A stretch of DNA of 61,692 nucleotides, counting the filler, from Actinomycetota bacterium (GTDB lineage Bacteria > Actinomycetota > Acidimicrobiia > IMCC26256 > VFJJ01), in the NCBI GenBank assembly GCA_009886115.1. It is 5 parts of 5 records of this genome, joined end to end, with 100 filler letters (N's around TTAATTAATTAA, not from the genome) between each part and the next. Parts side by side here need not be neighbours in the genome. Positions count along the whole stretch, not along the records: positions 9,264 to 30,312 come from VFJJ01000031.1; 4 more parts are not named here. One strand, 5' to 3'. Made by a program: the position numbers and the translations under genes. Below are positions 18,934-28,391 of the stretch, one piece after another. Under the pieces are notes generated by a model. It was not told where the DNA came from. It did no database searches and saw nothing but the letters and a program-made list of their open reading frames with translations. The first letter of the stretch is position 1; the number at the start of each line of letters is the position of its first letter.

Positions 18934-20088
18934 ATGGACTTTCAGGAACCGGACGAGCACGGCGAGCTCAGACAGGCGGTCCGGGCCATCGGGATGAGCT
19001 TCGGCCACGGCTACTTCGTCGAGCAGGCCCGGACGGGGGCCAAGGCCGACGAGCTGTGGAAGGTGCTGGCCGAGCAGGGGTTCGTGGGCGTCAACATTCC
19101 CGAGGTCCACGGTGGTGGCGGCCAGGGACTGGCCGAGCTGGCCATCGTCACCGAGGAGCTGGCGGCGTGCGGCGTCCCGCTGCTGTTGTTCCTCGTCTCC
19201 CCGGGGTTGTGCACGTCGGTGCTCATGCGCCACGGCTCGCCCGCCCAGCACGCGCAGTTCCTCCCCGCGCTGGCATCGGGTGAGGCCAAGATCGCCTTCG
19301 CCATCACCGAGCCCGACGCCGGGTCGAACAGCCACAACGTCGCCACCCAAGCGGTGCGAGACGGCGACGTCTACCGTCTGCGCGGCACCAAGTACTACAT
19401 CTCCGGCGTCGACGAGTCGCGCTGGCTGATGGTCGTCGCCCGCACCGGGACCCACGACGAGACCGGACGGGGCAAGCTCTCGATCTTCGTCGTCGACAGC
19501 GACGCCCCGGGCCTCGAGCGCCAGCACCTTCCCGTCGAGATCGTCTCACCGGAGAAGCAGTTCACGCTGTTCTTCGACGATGTGATCGTGCCGGCCGGCC
19601 GTCTCGTGGGCGACGAGCACGACGGTCTGCGCGTGGTCTTCAGCGGGCTCAACCCCGAGCGCATCCTGGGGGCGTCGCTCTCCATCGGCATCGGCCGGTA
19701 CGCCCTCGACAAGGCGGCGGCGTACGCCCGGGAGCGCAGGGTGTGGGACGTGCCCATCGGCGCCCATCAGGGCGTCGCCCATCCCCTCGCCGCGGCCAAG
19801 GTGGCGCTCGACCTGGCCGCGCTCATGAACACCAAGGCTGCGTGGCTGTACGACCGCGGACTCGACGCCGCCGAGGCCGCCAACACGGCCAAGCTCGCCG
19901 CCGCCGACGCCGGCATCGCCGCGCTCGACCAGGCCATCCAGACCCACGGCGGCAACGGGCTGGCGTCCGAGTACGGCCTCGCCGACCTCTGGGGCACGGC
20001 CCGCCTCCTGCGCACCGCCCCGGTGAGTCGCGAGATGATCCTCAACTACGTGGCCACCCACACCCTCGGCCTCCCCCGCAGCTATTGA
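18934..20088 (+). CDS. Acyl-CoA dehydrogenase
   Basis: FAITEPDAGSN, GTKYYISG, LNPERI and IQTHGGNG motifs; AAGGAGG SD. Confidence 0.93.
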   Translation: MDFQEPDEHGELRQAVRAIGMSFGHGYFVEQARTGAKADELWKVLAEQGFVGVNIPEVHGGGGQGLAELAIVTEELAACGVPLLLFLVSPGLCTSVLMRHGSPAQHAQFLPALASGEAKIAFAITEPDAGSNSHNVATQAVRDGDVYRLRGTKYYISGVDESRWLMVVARTGTHDETGRGKLSIFVVDSDAPGLERQHLPVEIVSPEKQFTLFFDDVIVPAGRLVGDEHDGLRVVFSGLNPERILGASLSIGIGRYALDKAAAYARERRVWDVPIGAHQGVAHPLAAAKVALDLAALMNTKAAWLYDRGLDAAEAANTAKLAAADAGIAALDQAIQTHGGNGLASEYGLADLWGTARLLRTAPVSREMILNYVATHTLGLPRSY

Positions 20089-20150
20089 GTGCATCTGCCA
20101 CGGCGTCCCGTGCCGAATCGACAGCTGGGCCGACAATCGAGGAGCGCCGA

Positions 20151-21616
20151 ATGAGGGTTGCCGTAGTGGGTGCGACGGGCTACGTCGGGGGGCGACTGGT
20201 TCCCGAGCTCCTCGCTGGCGGTCACCAGGTTCGGTGTCTCGCCCGGAACCCGAGCCGTCTCAGAGGGGTTCCCTGGAGCAGAGACGTCGAGCTGGTGACC
20301 GCCGACGTGCTCGTCAAGGAATCGCTCGGGCCCGCTCTGCAGGGTGTCGACGTCCTGTACTACCTCGTCCATGCGATGGGCCACACCGGCGACTTCGCGG
20401 AATCCGACCGGATCGGCGCCGAGAACACCCGGGGTGCGGCCGAGGCGGCTGGCGTCGCGAGGATCGTGTACCTCGGCGGGCTCGGCGAGGACGATCCCGA
20501 GATGCTCTCGAGCCACCTCGCGAGTCGCCACGAGGTCGGTCGCATCCTCGCTGCGGGCACGGTCCCGGTGACCGAGCTCAGAGCGGCGGTGATCATCGGT
20601 TCGGGGAGCGCGTCGTTCGAGATGCTCCGCAACCTCACCGATGTGCTCCCGGCCATGATCTGCCCGCGCTGGGTCACCAAGACCCTGTGCCAGCCGATCG
20701 CCATCGCCGACGTCTTGCACTACCTCGTCGCCGTCATCGACCGGCCCGCCGATCGGAGCGAGATCCTCGAGGTCGGCGGGCCCACCGTGGTGACGTATCG
20801 CGACATGATGGACCGCTACGCAGCGATTGCCGGGCTCCGTCGACGACTCATCATCCCGGTTCCCCTGCTGAGTCCTCGGCTCTCATCGCACTGGGTCAAC
20901 CTGGTGACACCGCTGCCGTACGGCTTGGCTCGGCCTCTCGTCGACAGCTTGATAACGATGTCGTCGTCCGGCCCGATCGCGACATCCGACGGGTGGTCGA
21001 CCACGAGACCGCCACGCTCGACGAGGCGATCGAGCAGGCTCTCATCGTCGTGCACGACCCCCACCGTTCGACGAGCTGGATGGACAGCGCCCGCACCAGC
21101 GCTCCGGCCTCGCCGATGCCCCAGGATCCGGACTGGGCCGGCGCCACCATCTACGAGGATCGCCAGGAGCTCGTGAGCTCGGCCAGCCCGGCGCGCCTGT
21201 TCTCCACGGTCTCGGGCATCGGGGGAACCCGCGGCTGGTACGTCGTCAACCCGCTGTGGGAGCTTCGAGGTGTGCTCGACAAGCTCGTGGGTGGCGTCGG
21301 GATGCGCAGGGGACGCCGTCATCCCGACGATCTCAGGGTCGGCGACGCCCTCGACTTCTTCCGCGTCGAAGACCACGACCCTCCCCACCTGCTTCGACTC
21401 CGAGCGGAGATGAAAGTCCCCGGCGACGCCTGGCTGGAGTGGCGCATCAGCCGGAACGACGACGATGGGAGCACCGTCTTGCGGCAGCTCGCCCGCTTCC
21501 ATCCCCGAGGTGTCGCAGGCCGCGCGTACTGGTGGCTCCTCCTCCCCCTGCACAGGCTCATCTGGAAACGCCTTGCCGTGCGGCTCGTGGCGACAGCCGA
21601 GGCGACCGTCGGGTAG
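20151..21616 (+). pseudogene. NAD(P)-binding SDR/epimerase with DUF2867-like C-terminus (YbjT-like), frameshifted near 20953
   Basis: GATGYVGG N-terminus in one frame continues as NDVVVRPD...GDALDFFRV...LRLRAEMKVPG in another. AGC TTG AT^AAC GAT indicates a 1-bp deletion, either real or an assembly error. Confidence 0.75.
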
Positions 21617-21720
21617 CGCGCCATCCCAGCTGGCTCCGAGCCCGCCGACACGTCCGACGACTACCTTTTTGTCGCGTCGGGGTGGGTTGCGTGCCCGCCT
21701 GCGATCGTCGAAAGGTCGCC

Positions 21721-22734
21721 GTGGAATACAGGGTTCTGGGAGCCAGCGGGGTCAGGGTGAGCACGCTCACGCTGGGGACCATGGTGCTGGGTGCGTGGGG
21801 CAACCGTGATCACGACGAGTGCGTGCGCATCGTGCACCACGCGCTCGACGCCGGGATCAACACCATCGACACGGCCGACGTGTACGCCAACGGCCAGTCG
21901 GAGGAGATCGTCGGACGGGCGCTTCGCGGGCGGCGCGACGACGTGGTGCTGGCGACCAAGTTCCACAACGGCATGGGCGACGACGTCAACATGCGGGGCA
22001 ACTCGCGGCGCTGGATCACCCGAGCGGTCGAGGACAGCCTGCGGCGTCTGGAGACCGACCGCATCGACCTCTACCAGGTGCACCGGCCCGACCCCACGAC
22101 CGATCTCGACGAGACGATGTCGGCTCTTTCCGACCTGGTGCACCAGGGCAAGGTGTTGGCGCTGGGCACCTCGACCTTCCCGGCGTCGCATCTCGTCGAC
22201 GCCTGGTGGCTCGCCGAGACTCGCGGCCACGAGCGGTTCCGCAGCGAGCAACCTCCGTACTCGATCTTCACCCGACGCATCGAGCGTGACGTGCTCCCGA
22301 CGTGCCTGCGTCTGGGGATGGGCGTCCTCGTGTGGAGCCCTCTCCAGGGCGGCTGGCTGACGGGCAAGTACCGCCGGGGCGACGCCGTACCGTCCGACTC
22401 TCGGGCCGCGACCAACGGCGAGCACTTCGACGCCGGCAACGAGCACAAGCTCACCCTGGTCGACGAGCTGTCTGTGATCGCCGCCGAGGCCGGGATCTCC
22501 TTGTCCCACATGGCACTGGCGTTCACGCTGAACCACCCGGCGGTCACATCGGCGATCATCGGGGTCCGCACGCTCGAGCAGCTCGAGCAGCTCCTCGGCG
22601 CCTCCGAGGTCCACCTCGATGCCGACCTGCTCGATCGCATCGACGGTCTCGTACCGCCGGGCGTCACCCTCAACCCCCGCGACGACGGCTGGGACCCCCC
22701 ATCGCTGGCCCCGGCTTCCCGCCGCCGGGCCTGA
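21721..22734 (+). CDS. Aldo/keto reductase
   Basis: LGTM, IDTADVY, LATK, IDLYQVH and WSPLQGG motifs. Confidence 0.93.
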   Translation: MEYRVLGASGVRVSTLTLGTMVLGAWGNRDHDECVRIVHHALDAGINTIDTADVYANGQSEEIVGRALRGRRDDVVLATKFHNGMGDDVNMRGNSRRWITRAVEDSLRRLETDRIDLYQVHRPDPTTDLDETMSALSDLVHQGKVLALGTSTFPASHLVDAWWLAETRGHERFRSEQPPYSIFTRRIERDVLPTCLRLGMGVLVWSPLQGGWLTGKYRRGDAVPSDSRAATNGEHFDAGNEHKLTLVDELSVIAAEAGISLSHMALAFTLNHPAVTSAIIGVRTLEQLEQLLGASEVHLDADLLDRIDGLVPPGVTLNPRDDGWDPPSLAPASRRRA

Positions 22735-22822
22735 GTCCCTCCAACCGACGTTCTTTGTGGCTGGCACCGCGCCCAGAGCGGGCTGAGACGCAAAGAACCG
22801 GCGTTGTCTGTGGCGTGACGCC

Positions 22823-22854
22823 AAAAGGGCGGCCCCGTGAAGGAACCGCCCTTT
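22823..22854 (-). terminator. Intrinsic terminator
   Basis: Minus strand AAAGGGCGGTTCC-TTCAC-GGGGCCGCCCTTTT. The stem closes with G-U pairs only on the minus strand and is followed by a U-tract. Confidence 0.7.
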
Positions 22855-23180
22855 CGCTGGTGACAACCAGCCCGGCCGCCACCGCCCCGTAGCCGTGGAG
22901 GGGGCCGCCGTGCTCTGGTCCGGTCGAGCCGGGCACTGGGCGGCCATCAAGGCCAGGTAGACGAGATGACGGGCGAGGCTCACCACAGGAACAACAACGC
23001 GGGTCCGATACACGGGACCCGCCACTCAGCGCGGCGGACCATCCTCCGCTGCGGACCCGGTGCTCACGTTGGCACTCCTCCCGGTCGTCGCTGCTGCTGG
23101 TATCCATCATCGGACCCGGTGAGCGTGACCAACGCTGCGGCCACCCCACCATCGGTGGAGCCGATCGATGTCATCTCTGA
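22855..23180. ncRNA. Candidate structured non-coding RNA, family unrecognised
   Basis: Nested long-range helices (GAGATGAC 22963 / GTCATCTC 23170; GGCTCACC / GGTGGAGCC) enclose three hairpins. No credible ORF; lies between convergent genes with a terminator at one end. Confidence 0.4.
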
Positions 23181-23352
23181 TCCAACACCCTGGCGTCGCT
23201 CCCGTCAACCCCTGATTTCCTTGGCGTTGTTGGATTCGAGCGTGTTACGGACATGCCGGCAGGCCAGGGCCGCTCGCCCAGCGGTACCCGTCATCGAACC
23301 GCAACACTTCCGGCCGGACCTCGATCGTCGAACGGCGCTCGCCTCGCCCTGG

Positions 23353-23380
23353 CTCGATCCGTCTCGATCCGTCTCGATCC
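23353..23380. repeat. 10-bp tandem repeat (CTCGATCCGT x~3)
   Basis: Directly visible just past the amidohydrolase stop. Confidence 0.8.
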
Positions 23381-23382
23381 AC

Positions 23383-24777
23383 CTAGACCCGCGGCCACTT
23401 GGCCTTGTCCGGCAGACCGGACCGGCGCGTGATCGCCTCACCCGCCGCTTGGGCCTGCTCGTACAGCGCAGCCTCGTCGATCGTGCTGAGCCGGTAGGCG
23501 TCGACGACCTTGCGACCGTCGACGAAGACCGTGTGCACCCCGCGGCCGTCAGCCGACCACACGAGCTGATTGGCCACGTTGAGCAGCGGACGCCATTCGG
23601 GACGGTCGATGTCGTGCAGCACGACATCGGCCTTCTTGCCCACTTCGAGCGAGCCGATCTCGACGCGGGCGTTGAGGCCCCGGGCACCGCCGAGGGTCGC
23701 CATCTCGTAGGCCTGCTCGGCCGGGAAGATGTTCGTATCACGCCGAGCGTCCTTGAACAGGCCGGCGACGAGGTAGGTGGCCCGGTACATGTCGCTGTAG
23801 TTGGAGGCGTTGTTGCCGTCGGTGCCGATGGCGACGTTGATGCCCATCGCGGCCATCTCGGGCATCTTCCCGATCTGCGTGACCCCGTAGGCCACCTTCA
23901 GGGCCGTCGTGGGGCAGTGGGCCACGGACATCCCGGTCTCGGCCATGATCTTCAGCTCGGCGTCGTTCACGTGCACACAATGGGTGGCGATCGTGTCGGG
24001 CCCGAGGACGCCGAGGTCGGCGAGGTGCTCGAAAGGACGTCGGCCGAAGTACTGGCCGAAGCCATCGGGGTCCATGGCGGCGGGTGACATGTGGAAGCTC
24101 AAACCCGTCTGGTGACGCGTGGCGATCTCGCGGGCGGCCTGCCAGAGCTCGTTGGTGCACGTCGTGTGGCCGACGACGATCGACCAGGCCTGGATGCGTC
24201 CCCCGGCCACGTTGCGATACTTGGCGATCGTGTCATCGAGGTTGGCGATGGCCTGGTCGGTCGTCTGCTGGTACACCTCGGGCTCGGGCGGGATGTCCCA
24301 GACCCAGCGCCCGATGCGGGCCCGGATGCCGATCTCGACGAGACCGTCGACGACTGCGTCGACGAACCGCACGGTGCCAGCCTCGAGAAAGGTCGTCGTT
24401 CCCGACTTGAGCATCTCGGCCGCCGCGAGCTGGCCCGACAGGCGCTCCTCGGCCTCCGTGTAGACCGAGTACAGCGGGCACAGCCACATGAACACGTTCT
24501 CCTCGAAGGGCGTGTCGTCGGGAACGTAACCCCGGGTGAGCGGCTCGCCGGTGATGTGGATGTGGGTGTTGACGAGACCCGGCGTGACGACGAAGCGCCG
24601 CCCGTCGATCGTCTCGGCGCCCTCCCAGTCGCGCCGCACGTCGGCGGTCTTGCCCACGGCCACGATCTCGGTGCCCCGCATGGCCACGGCGCCGTCGGCG
24701 ATGACCTCGCGCCGCTCGTTCATGGTGACGACCGTCGAGCTCGTGATGATCGTGTCGCACGGCTGCGGTTGCGTCAT
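23383..24777 (-). CDS. Metal-dependent amidohydrolase (Atz/Trz/MtaD-like)
   Basis: PGLVNTHIH, EMLKSGTT, THCVH, HCPTT and IGTDG motifs. Confidence 0.9.
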   Translation of the reverse strand: MTQPQPCDTIITSSTVVTMNERREVIADGAVAMRGTEIVAVGKTADVRRDWEGAETIDGRRFVVTPGLVNTHIHITGEPLTRGYVPDDTPFEENVFMWLCPLYSVYTEAEERLSGQLAAAEMLKSGTTTFLEAGTVRFVDAVVDGLVEIGIRARIGRWVWDIPPEPEVYQQTTDQAIANLDDTIAKYRNVAGGRIQAWSIVVGHTTCTNELWQAAREIATRHQTGLSFHMSPAAMDPDGFGQYFGRRPFEHLADLGVLGPDTIATHCVHVNDAELKIMAETGMSVAHCPTTALKVAYGVTQIGKMPEMAAMGINVAIGTDGNNASNYSDMYRATYLVAGLFKDARRDTNIFPAEQAYEMATLGGARGLNARVEIGSLEVGKKADVVLHDIDRPEWRPLLNVANQLVWSADGRGVHTVFVDGRKVVDAYRLSTIDEAALYEQAQAAGEAITRRSGLPDKAKWPRV

Positions 24778-24786
24778 CGTCTGCTC

Positions 24787-25233
24787 CTAACCGAGAACCT
24801 GGCCGTGCGAGAACTCGAGGCAGTTGCCGTCGGGGTCGCGCACGATTGCGATGTAGCCGATGACATCGTTCATGAACAACGGGCCGAGGTTCAAGATCCC
24901 GTCGGCCCGGGCCATATCACCGATTCTGTCGACATCTTCCCGGCTGTCCATACAGAACCCGAGATGAGACACGGGCTTCAAACCACCGATTCCTGCGGCA
25001 GCTCCAGGCACTATGTGCTCGGGAATATCACCGCCGATGAGCACGATCACGAAACGGCTCGTTCCGTCGTGGCTATCGGCCTCATTCGAGAGCCAGATCG
25101 TCTTCTGTCCCGTGGTCTCGTCGATCCGGTCATGGATCAGCTCGAGCTCGGTATATTTATCGTAGAAAGCACGCGTTCGGTCGACGTCATTCACATGCAT
25201 GGCGACGTGCGTAAGTAGTGAATTAAGGGCCAT
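24787..25233 (-). CDS. VOC (glyoxalase/bleomycin resistance) family protein
   Basis: LTHVAMHV...FY, HLGF and RDPDGNCLE motifs; AGGAG SD; TGATG coupling to the upstream gene. Confidence 0.87.
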   Translation of the reverse strand: MALNSLLTHVAMHVNDVDRTRAFYDKYTELELIHDRIDETTGQKTIWLSNEADSHDGTSRFVIVLIGGDIPEHIVPGAAAGIGGLKPVSHLGFCMDSREDVDRIGDMARADGILNLGPLFMNDVIGYIAIVRDPDGNCLEFSHGQVLG

Positions 25234-26264
25234 CAGGTGTCTCCTGTTGTTGAAGAGCGCCGAGCGATCATCACTTCCTGAAACGGTACCGGCCGGAGCA
25301 CCTCGACGGCGTCGAGGCCCGCAGCAGCCAACCACGACCGGAACCGGCTGGCGGAGTATGTGCGCCCGCCGTCGGTGGCCGCAGCCATGGTGGCGCCCAT
25401 CAGCAGCGCCTGGACGGGCCCCGATCGGTCGTCGGCCACGAAGTAGTCGGTGATCACCAGGGAGCCGTGGGGCGCCACCACCGCGGCCGCACGCTCGATC
25501 AGTGCGCCGGCCCGTTCGGGTGGCTCGGCCCGGCAGACGTGGCCGAGCACCACGAGATCGGCCGGCGCGAGCCCTCCGGCGAGACGGTCGAGGTAGTCGC
25601 CGGCCACGAACGTGCACCGGTCGGCGACGCCCTGACGATCGGCTGCGGCCCGGGCGATCGGGATCACATCGGGGAGGTCGACGATCGTCGCGGTAGCCGA
25701 CGGCTCGGCTTCGAGCACGGCGATCGCCCAGGGGGCCGCACCGGCTCCGAGGTCGAGCACGGAGCGAATCGCGGGCGCGCCAGCGACGAGGCCGTCGCCC
25801 CGGCGGAGCTGCGCGACCACCGCTCGGGCCACCGCGTGTTGGGTCGGGAACGTGGCCGCCACCAGCCGGGCGTGGAACTCGCCGTCGGACCCGACAGGCC
25901 GGGGCGGCGGCGCGCCCCGCACCGTTTCGGCCAGAGCGAGCCAGTTCTCGAGGGGCCCGGGCGACGACCGCACCAGCGCAGCCATCGATCGGGGCGAATC
26001 TGAGACGAGGTAGGCCGCACTCACCGCGCTGAGCCGGTACAGGCCGGCTGCATCGTCGCTGTCGCTGCCGACCATCCGCTCCAGCAATCCCAAGGCCACG
26101 AGGCCGTCCAACAACGCCTCCGCCTTGGAGCCGCGCGCGGTCAACGGCCGCCCGGCGGCGAGATCGTCGAACACGCCGAGGTCGAACGCGGCGACGACGA
26201 CCCAGTACGACGCCATTCCCTGGATGATCCCCCAGACCGGGCCCGGATCCACCCCCATGCTCAC
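25233..26264 (-). CDS. Class I SAM-dependent methyltransferase (O-methyltransferase type with dimerisation domain)
   Basis: LGVFDDL dimerisation region, VLDLGAGAAPW and GDY motifs. Confidence 0.87.
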   Translation of the reverse strand: MSMGVDPGPVWGIIQGMASYWVVVAAFDLGVFDDLAAGRPLTARGSKAEALLDGLVALGLLERMVGSDSDDAAGLYRLSAVSAAYLVSDSPRSMAALVRSSPGPLENWLALAETVRGAPPPRPVGSDGEFHARLVAATFPTQHAVARAVVAQLRRGDGLVAGAPAIRSVLDLGAGAAPWAIAVLEAEPSATATIVDLPDVIPIARAAADRQGVADRCTFVAGDYLDRLAGGLAPADLVVLGHVCRAEPPERAGALIERAAAVVAPHGSLVITDYFVADDRSGPVQALLMGATMAAATDGGRTYSASRFRSWLAAAGLDAVEVLRPVPFQEVMIARRSSTTGDT

Positions 26265-26343
26265 ACCCGCCTCCTCACCACCTGTCGCTCAAGGGTCACC
26301 CATCCCCGTTGAGCGACAGGTGCTCGAGCGGGGTCGGTGCGGA

Positions 26344-27387
26344 TCACGGGACCAGGATGATCTTGCCCATGAACTCGCCGGCCAGCATCCGTTGGTGCGC
26401 CCGGCCGGCGTCGGCGAGGGGCAGCACGCTGTCGACGATCGAGCGAAACCCGCCCGTCCAGTACACGCTGAGCATCTGGGCGAACTCGTCGTAGCGGTAC
26501 GGGTCGGAGCCCAGGATCTGGATGCCCATGTGGAAGCCGAATCCCAGATTGATGCTCACCTCGTTGCCGGTGGTGTTGCCGCAGAACACGAGCCGGCCCC
26601 GGGGCCGCAACGAGAACATCGAGGCCTCCCACAGCGCCGGACCCACGTGGTCGAGCACCATGTCGACACCTCGGCCACCGGTGACCTCGCGCGCCCATGC
26701 CGTCACGATCCCGGTGCGGTTGTTGAGCACGTGGTCGGCGCCCAGGCTCGTCGCCCACTCGCACTTGGCGTCGGACGTCGCCGTGGCCAGAACCACCGCC
26801 CCGGCGTGCTTGGCCAGCTGGATGGCCGCCGAGCTGACCCCGCTCGATGCCCCGTGCAGCAAGACCGTCTCGCCCCTTGCCAGTCGGCCGATCTCGAAGA
26901 GGGCATGCCAGGCGGTCATGAACACCGTGGGCAGCGAGGCGGCTTCCTCGAAGCTGACACCGTCGGGAATCGGGTGGACGTGGGTGGCGGGCACCGCGCA
27001 CAGCTCGGCGTAGCCACCGGGCTCGGTGGCCCCGAGGATTCCCAGGTCGCCGTAGAGATCGCCCCGACCGGCGAAGCGCGAGTTGGCTCCGACCTCAGAC
27101 AACGACGGGTCGGCCACGACCCGGTCGCCCACCCGCAGCCCCGGCCGCACAGCATCGACCTCGGAGCCGACGGCCACGACCACACCGGCGAGGTCCATCC
27201 CCGCGATGTGCGGCAACGTGTAGCCGGGCATGGTGAACCAGCCGGCCCGCTGGATCACGTCGAGATGGTTGACGGCCGTCGCACACACGTCCACGAGCAC
27301 GTCGCCGGCGCCGACCATCGGGTCGGGCACCTCCCCATGGCGCAGCACGTCGACGTCGCCATGGGCCTCGTAGAACAGGGCCTTCAC
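26344..27387 (-). CDS. MDR family NADPH:quinone oxidoreductase-like protein
   Basis: VNHLD, GGYAE, TAWHAL, LLHGASSGVS and GKIIL motifs; no Zn-binding Cys cluster. Confidence 0.88.
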   Translation of the reverse strand: MKALFYEAHGDVDVLRHGEVPDPMVGAGDVLVDVCATAVNHLDVIQRAGWFTMPGYTLPHIAGMDLAGVVVAVGSEVDAVRPGLRVGDRVVADPSLSEVGANSRFAGRGDLYGDLGILGATEPGGYAELCAVPATHVHPIPDGVSFEEAASLPTVFMTAWHALFEIGRLARGETVLLHGASSGVSSAAIQLAKHAGAVVLATATSDAKCEWATSLGADHVLNNRTGIVTAWAREVTGGRGVDMVLDHVGPALWEASMFSLRPRGRLVFCGNTTGNEVSINLGFGFHMGIQILGSDPYRYDEFAQMLSVYWTGGFRSIVDSVLPLADAGRAHQRMLAGEFMGKIILVP

Positions 27388-27445
27388 CGGTTCTCCCCCA
27401 TCAACAGTCGGATGGTCGGCCCGACCATCACCGTCACCAGCACCG

Positions 27446-28384
27446 TCACTTGAGCCCCCGCCGGAACGGCCGGGCCAGCGCCGCCGGCTGGCGCACCCGC
27501 TTGGCGAACACCGCCATGGCCACGATCGTCACCACGTTCGGGGCCATGTCGAGGAACGACGAGTCGATCGCTTCGTAGCGCAGCCCAGGGATGGTCAAGC
27601 CCAGCGACACCACCAGCCCGAAGATGGTGCAGCCGGCGATGGTCCCTTTGAGGGTCCAGCCGCCGAAGATGACCGCGGCGATGGCGACGAAGCCCCGGCC
27701 ACCGATGAGCGAGTCCTCGAACGAGTCGGTGGCCACGAACACGAAGCACGCTCCCCCGAGGCCGGCGAGCAGGCCGGCGAAGTAGATCGCCTGCCGGCGG
27801 ATCTTGTTCACGTGCAGGCCCGAGACGTCGGCCGCGTTCGGGTCCTCGCCGACAGCGCGTATCTCGAGGCCCCAGCGGGTCCGGTACACGAGCCACCACA
27901 CCACCGGCACCACCGGGTACACGACGTAGAACGGCCAGCGCTGGCCGAACAACGCGGGTCCGAGGCCGGGGATGTCGGAGAGCAGCGGCACCTCGATCAC
28001 CCGCATCCGATTCGACTGCGGGTCGATCTCGCCGGCGAGAAAGCCGACGACGCCCAGCACGAGCACGTTGAGCACCAGCCCCACCACGAACTGGTCGGCA
28101 GGGAGCCGATGGCTCATGTTGGCCTGCACCCACGACACGAGAACGCCGGCGACCACTCCCGCGAGCAGGCTCAGCCATGCCGAGCCGGTGAGATCGAACA
28201 TGACTGCGGCGGCGAACGCCCCGCCCAGCATCATCGCCTCGAGCGAGATGTTGATGGTGCCGGCCCGCTCGGCCACGAACTCGCCACTCGCCGCGAACAC
28301 GAGCACCACAGCCGCGATGGCCGCGCCGATGTACATGGAATCGGAGCTGAAGATGTCGCCCAGCGCTGCGAAGAATTCACCCAT
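27446..28384 (-). CDS. ABC transporter permease (nucleoside/simple sugar type)
   Basis: ERAGTINISLE, GLEIRAVGEDP, GRGFVAIAA and PAALARPF motifs. Confidence 0.9.
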   Translation of the reverse strand: MGEFFAALGDIFSSDSMYIGAAIAAVVLVFAASGEFVAERAGTINISLEAMMLGGAFAAAVMFDLTGSAWLSLLAGVVAGVLVSWVQANMSHRLPADQFVVGLVLNVLVLGVVGFLAGEIDPQSNRMRVIEVPLLSDIPGLGPALFGQRWPFYVVYPVVPVVWWLVYRTRWGLEIRAVGEDPNAADVSGLHVNKIRRQAIYFAGLLAGLGGACFVFVATDSFEDSLIGGRGFVAIAAVIFGGWTLKGTIAGCTIFGLVVSLGLTIPGLRYEAIDSSFLDMAPNVVTIVAMAVFAKRVRQPAALARPFRRGLK

Positions 28385-28391
28385 CGCCGAC

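Noticed and set aside
22670..23152. 160-aa minus-strand ORF, and 22966-24087 on the plus strand, over the structured intergenic region
   Set aside because: Atypical composition, no SD, and overlap with real genes or the terminator; RNA structure explains the region better.
22855..23180. RNase P RNA, tmRNA, SRP RNA or group II intron identity
   Set aside because: Diagnostic sequences (GAGGAAAGTCC, tRNA-like ends, SRP domain IV, intron domain V) were not found on either strand by eye.
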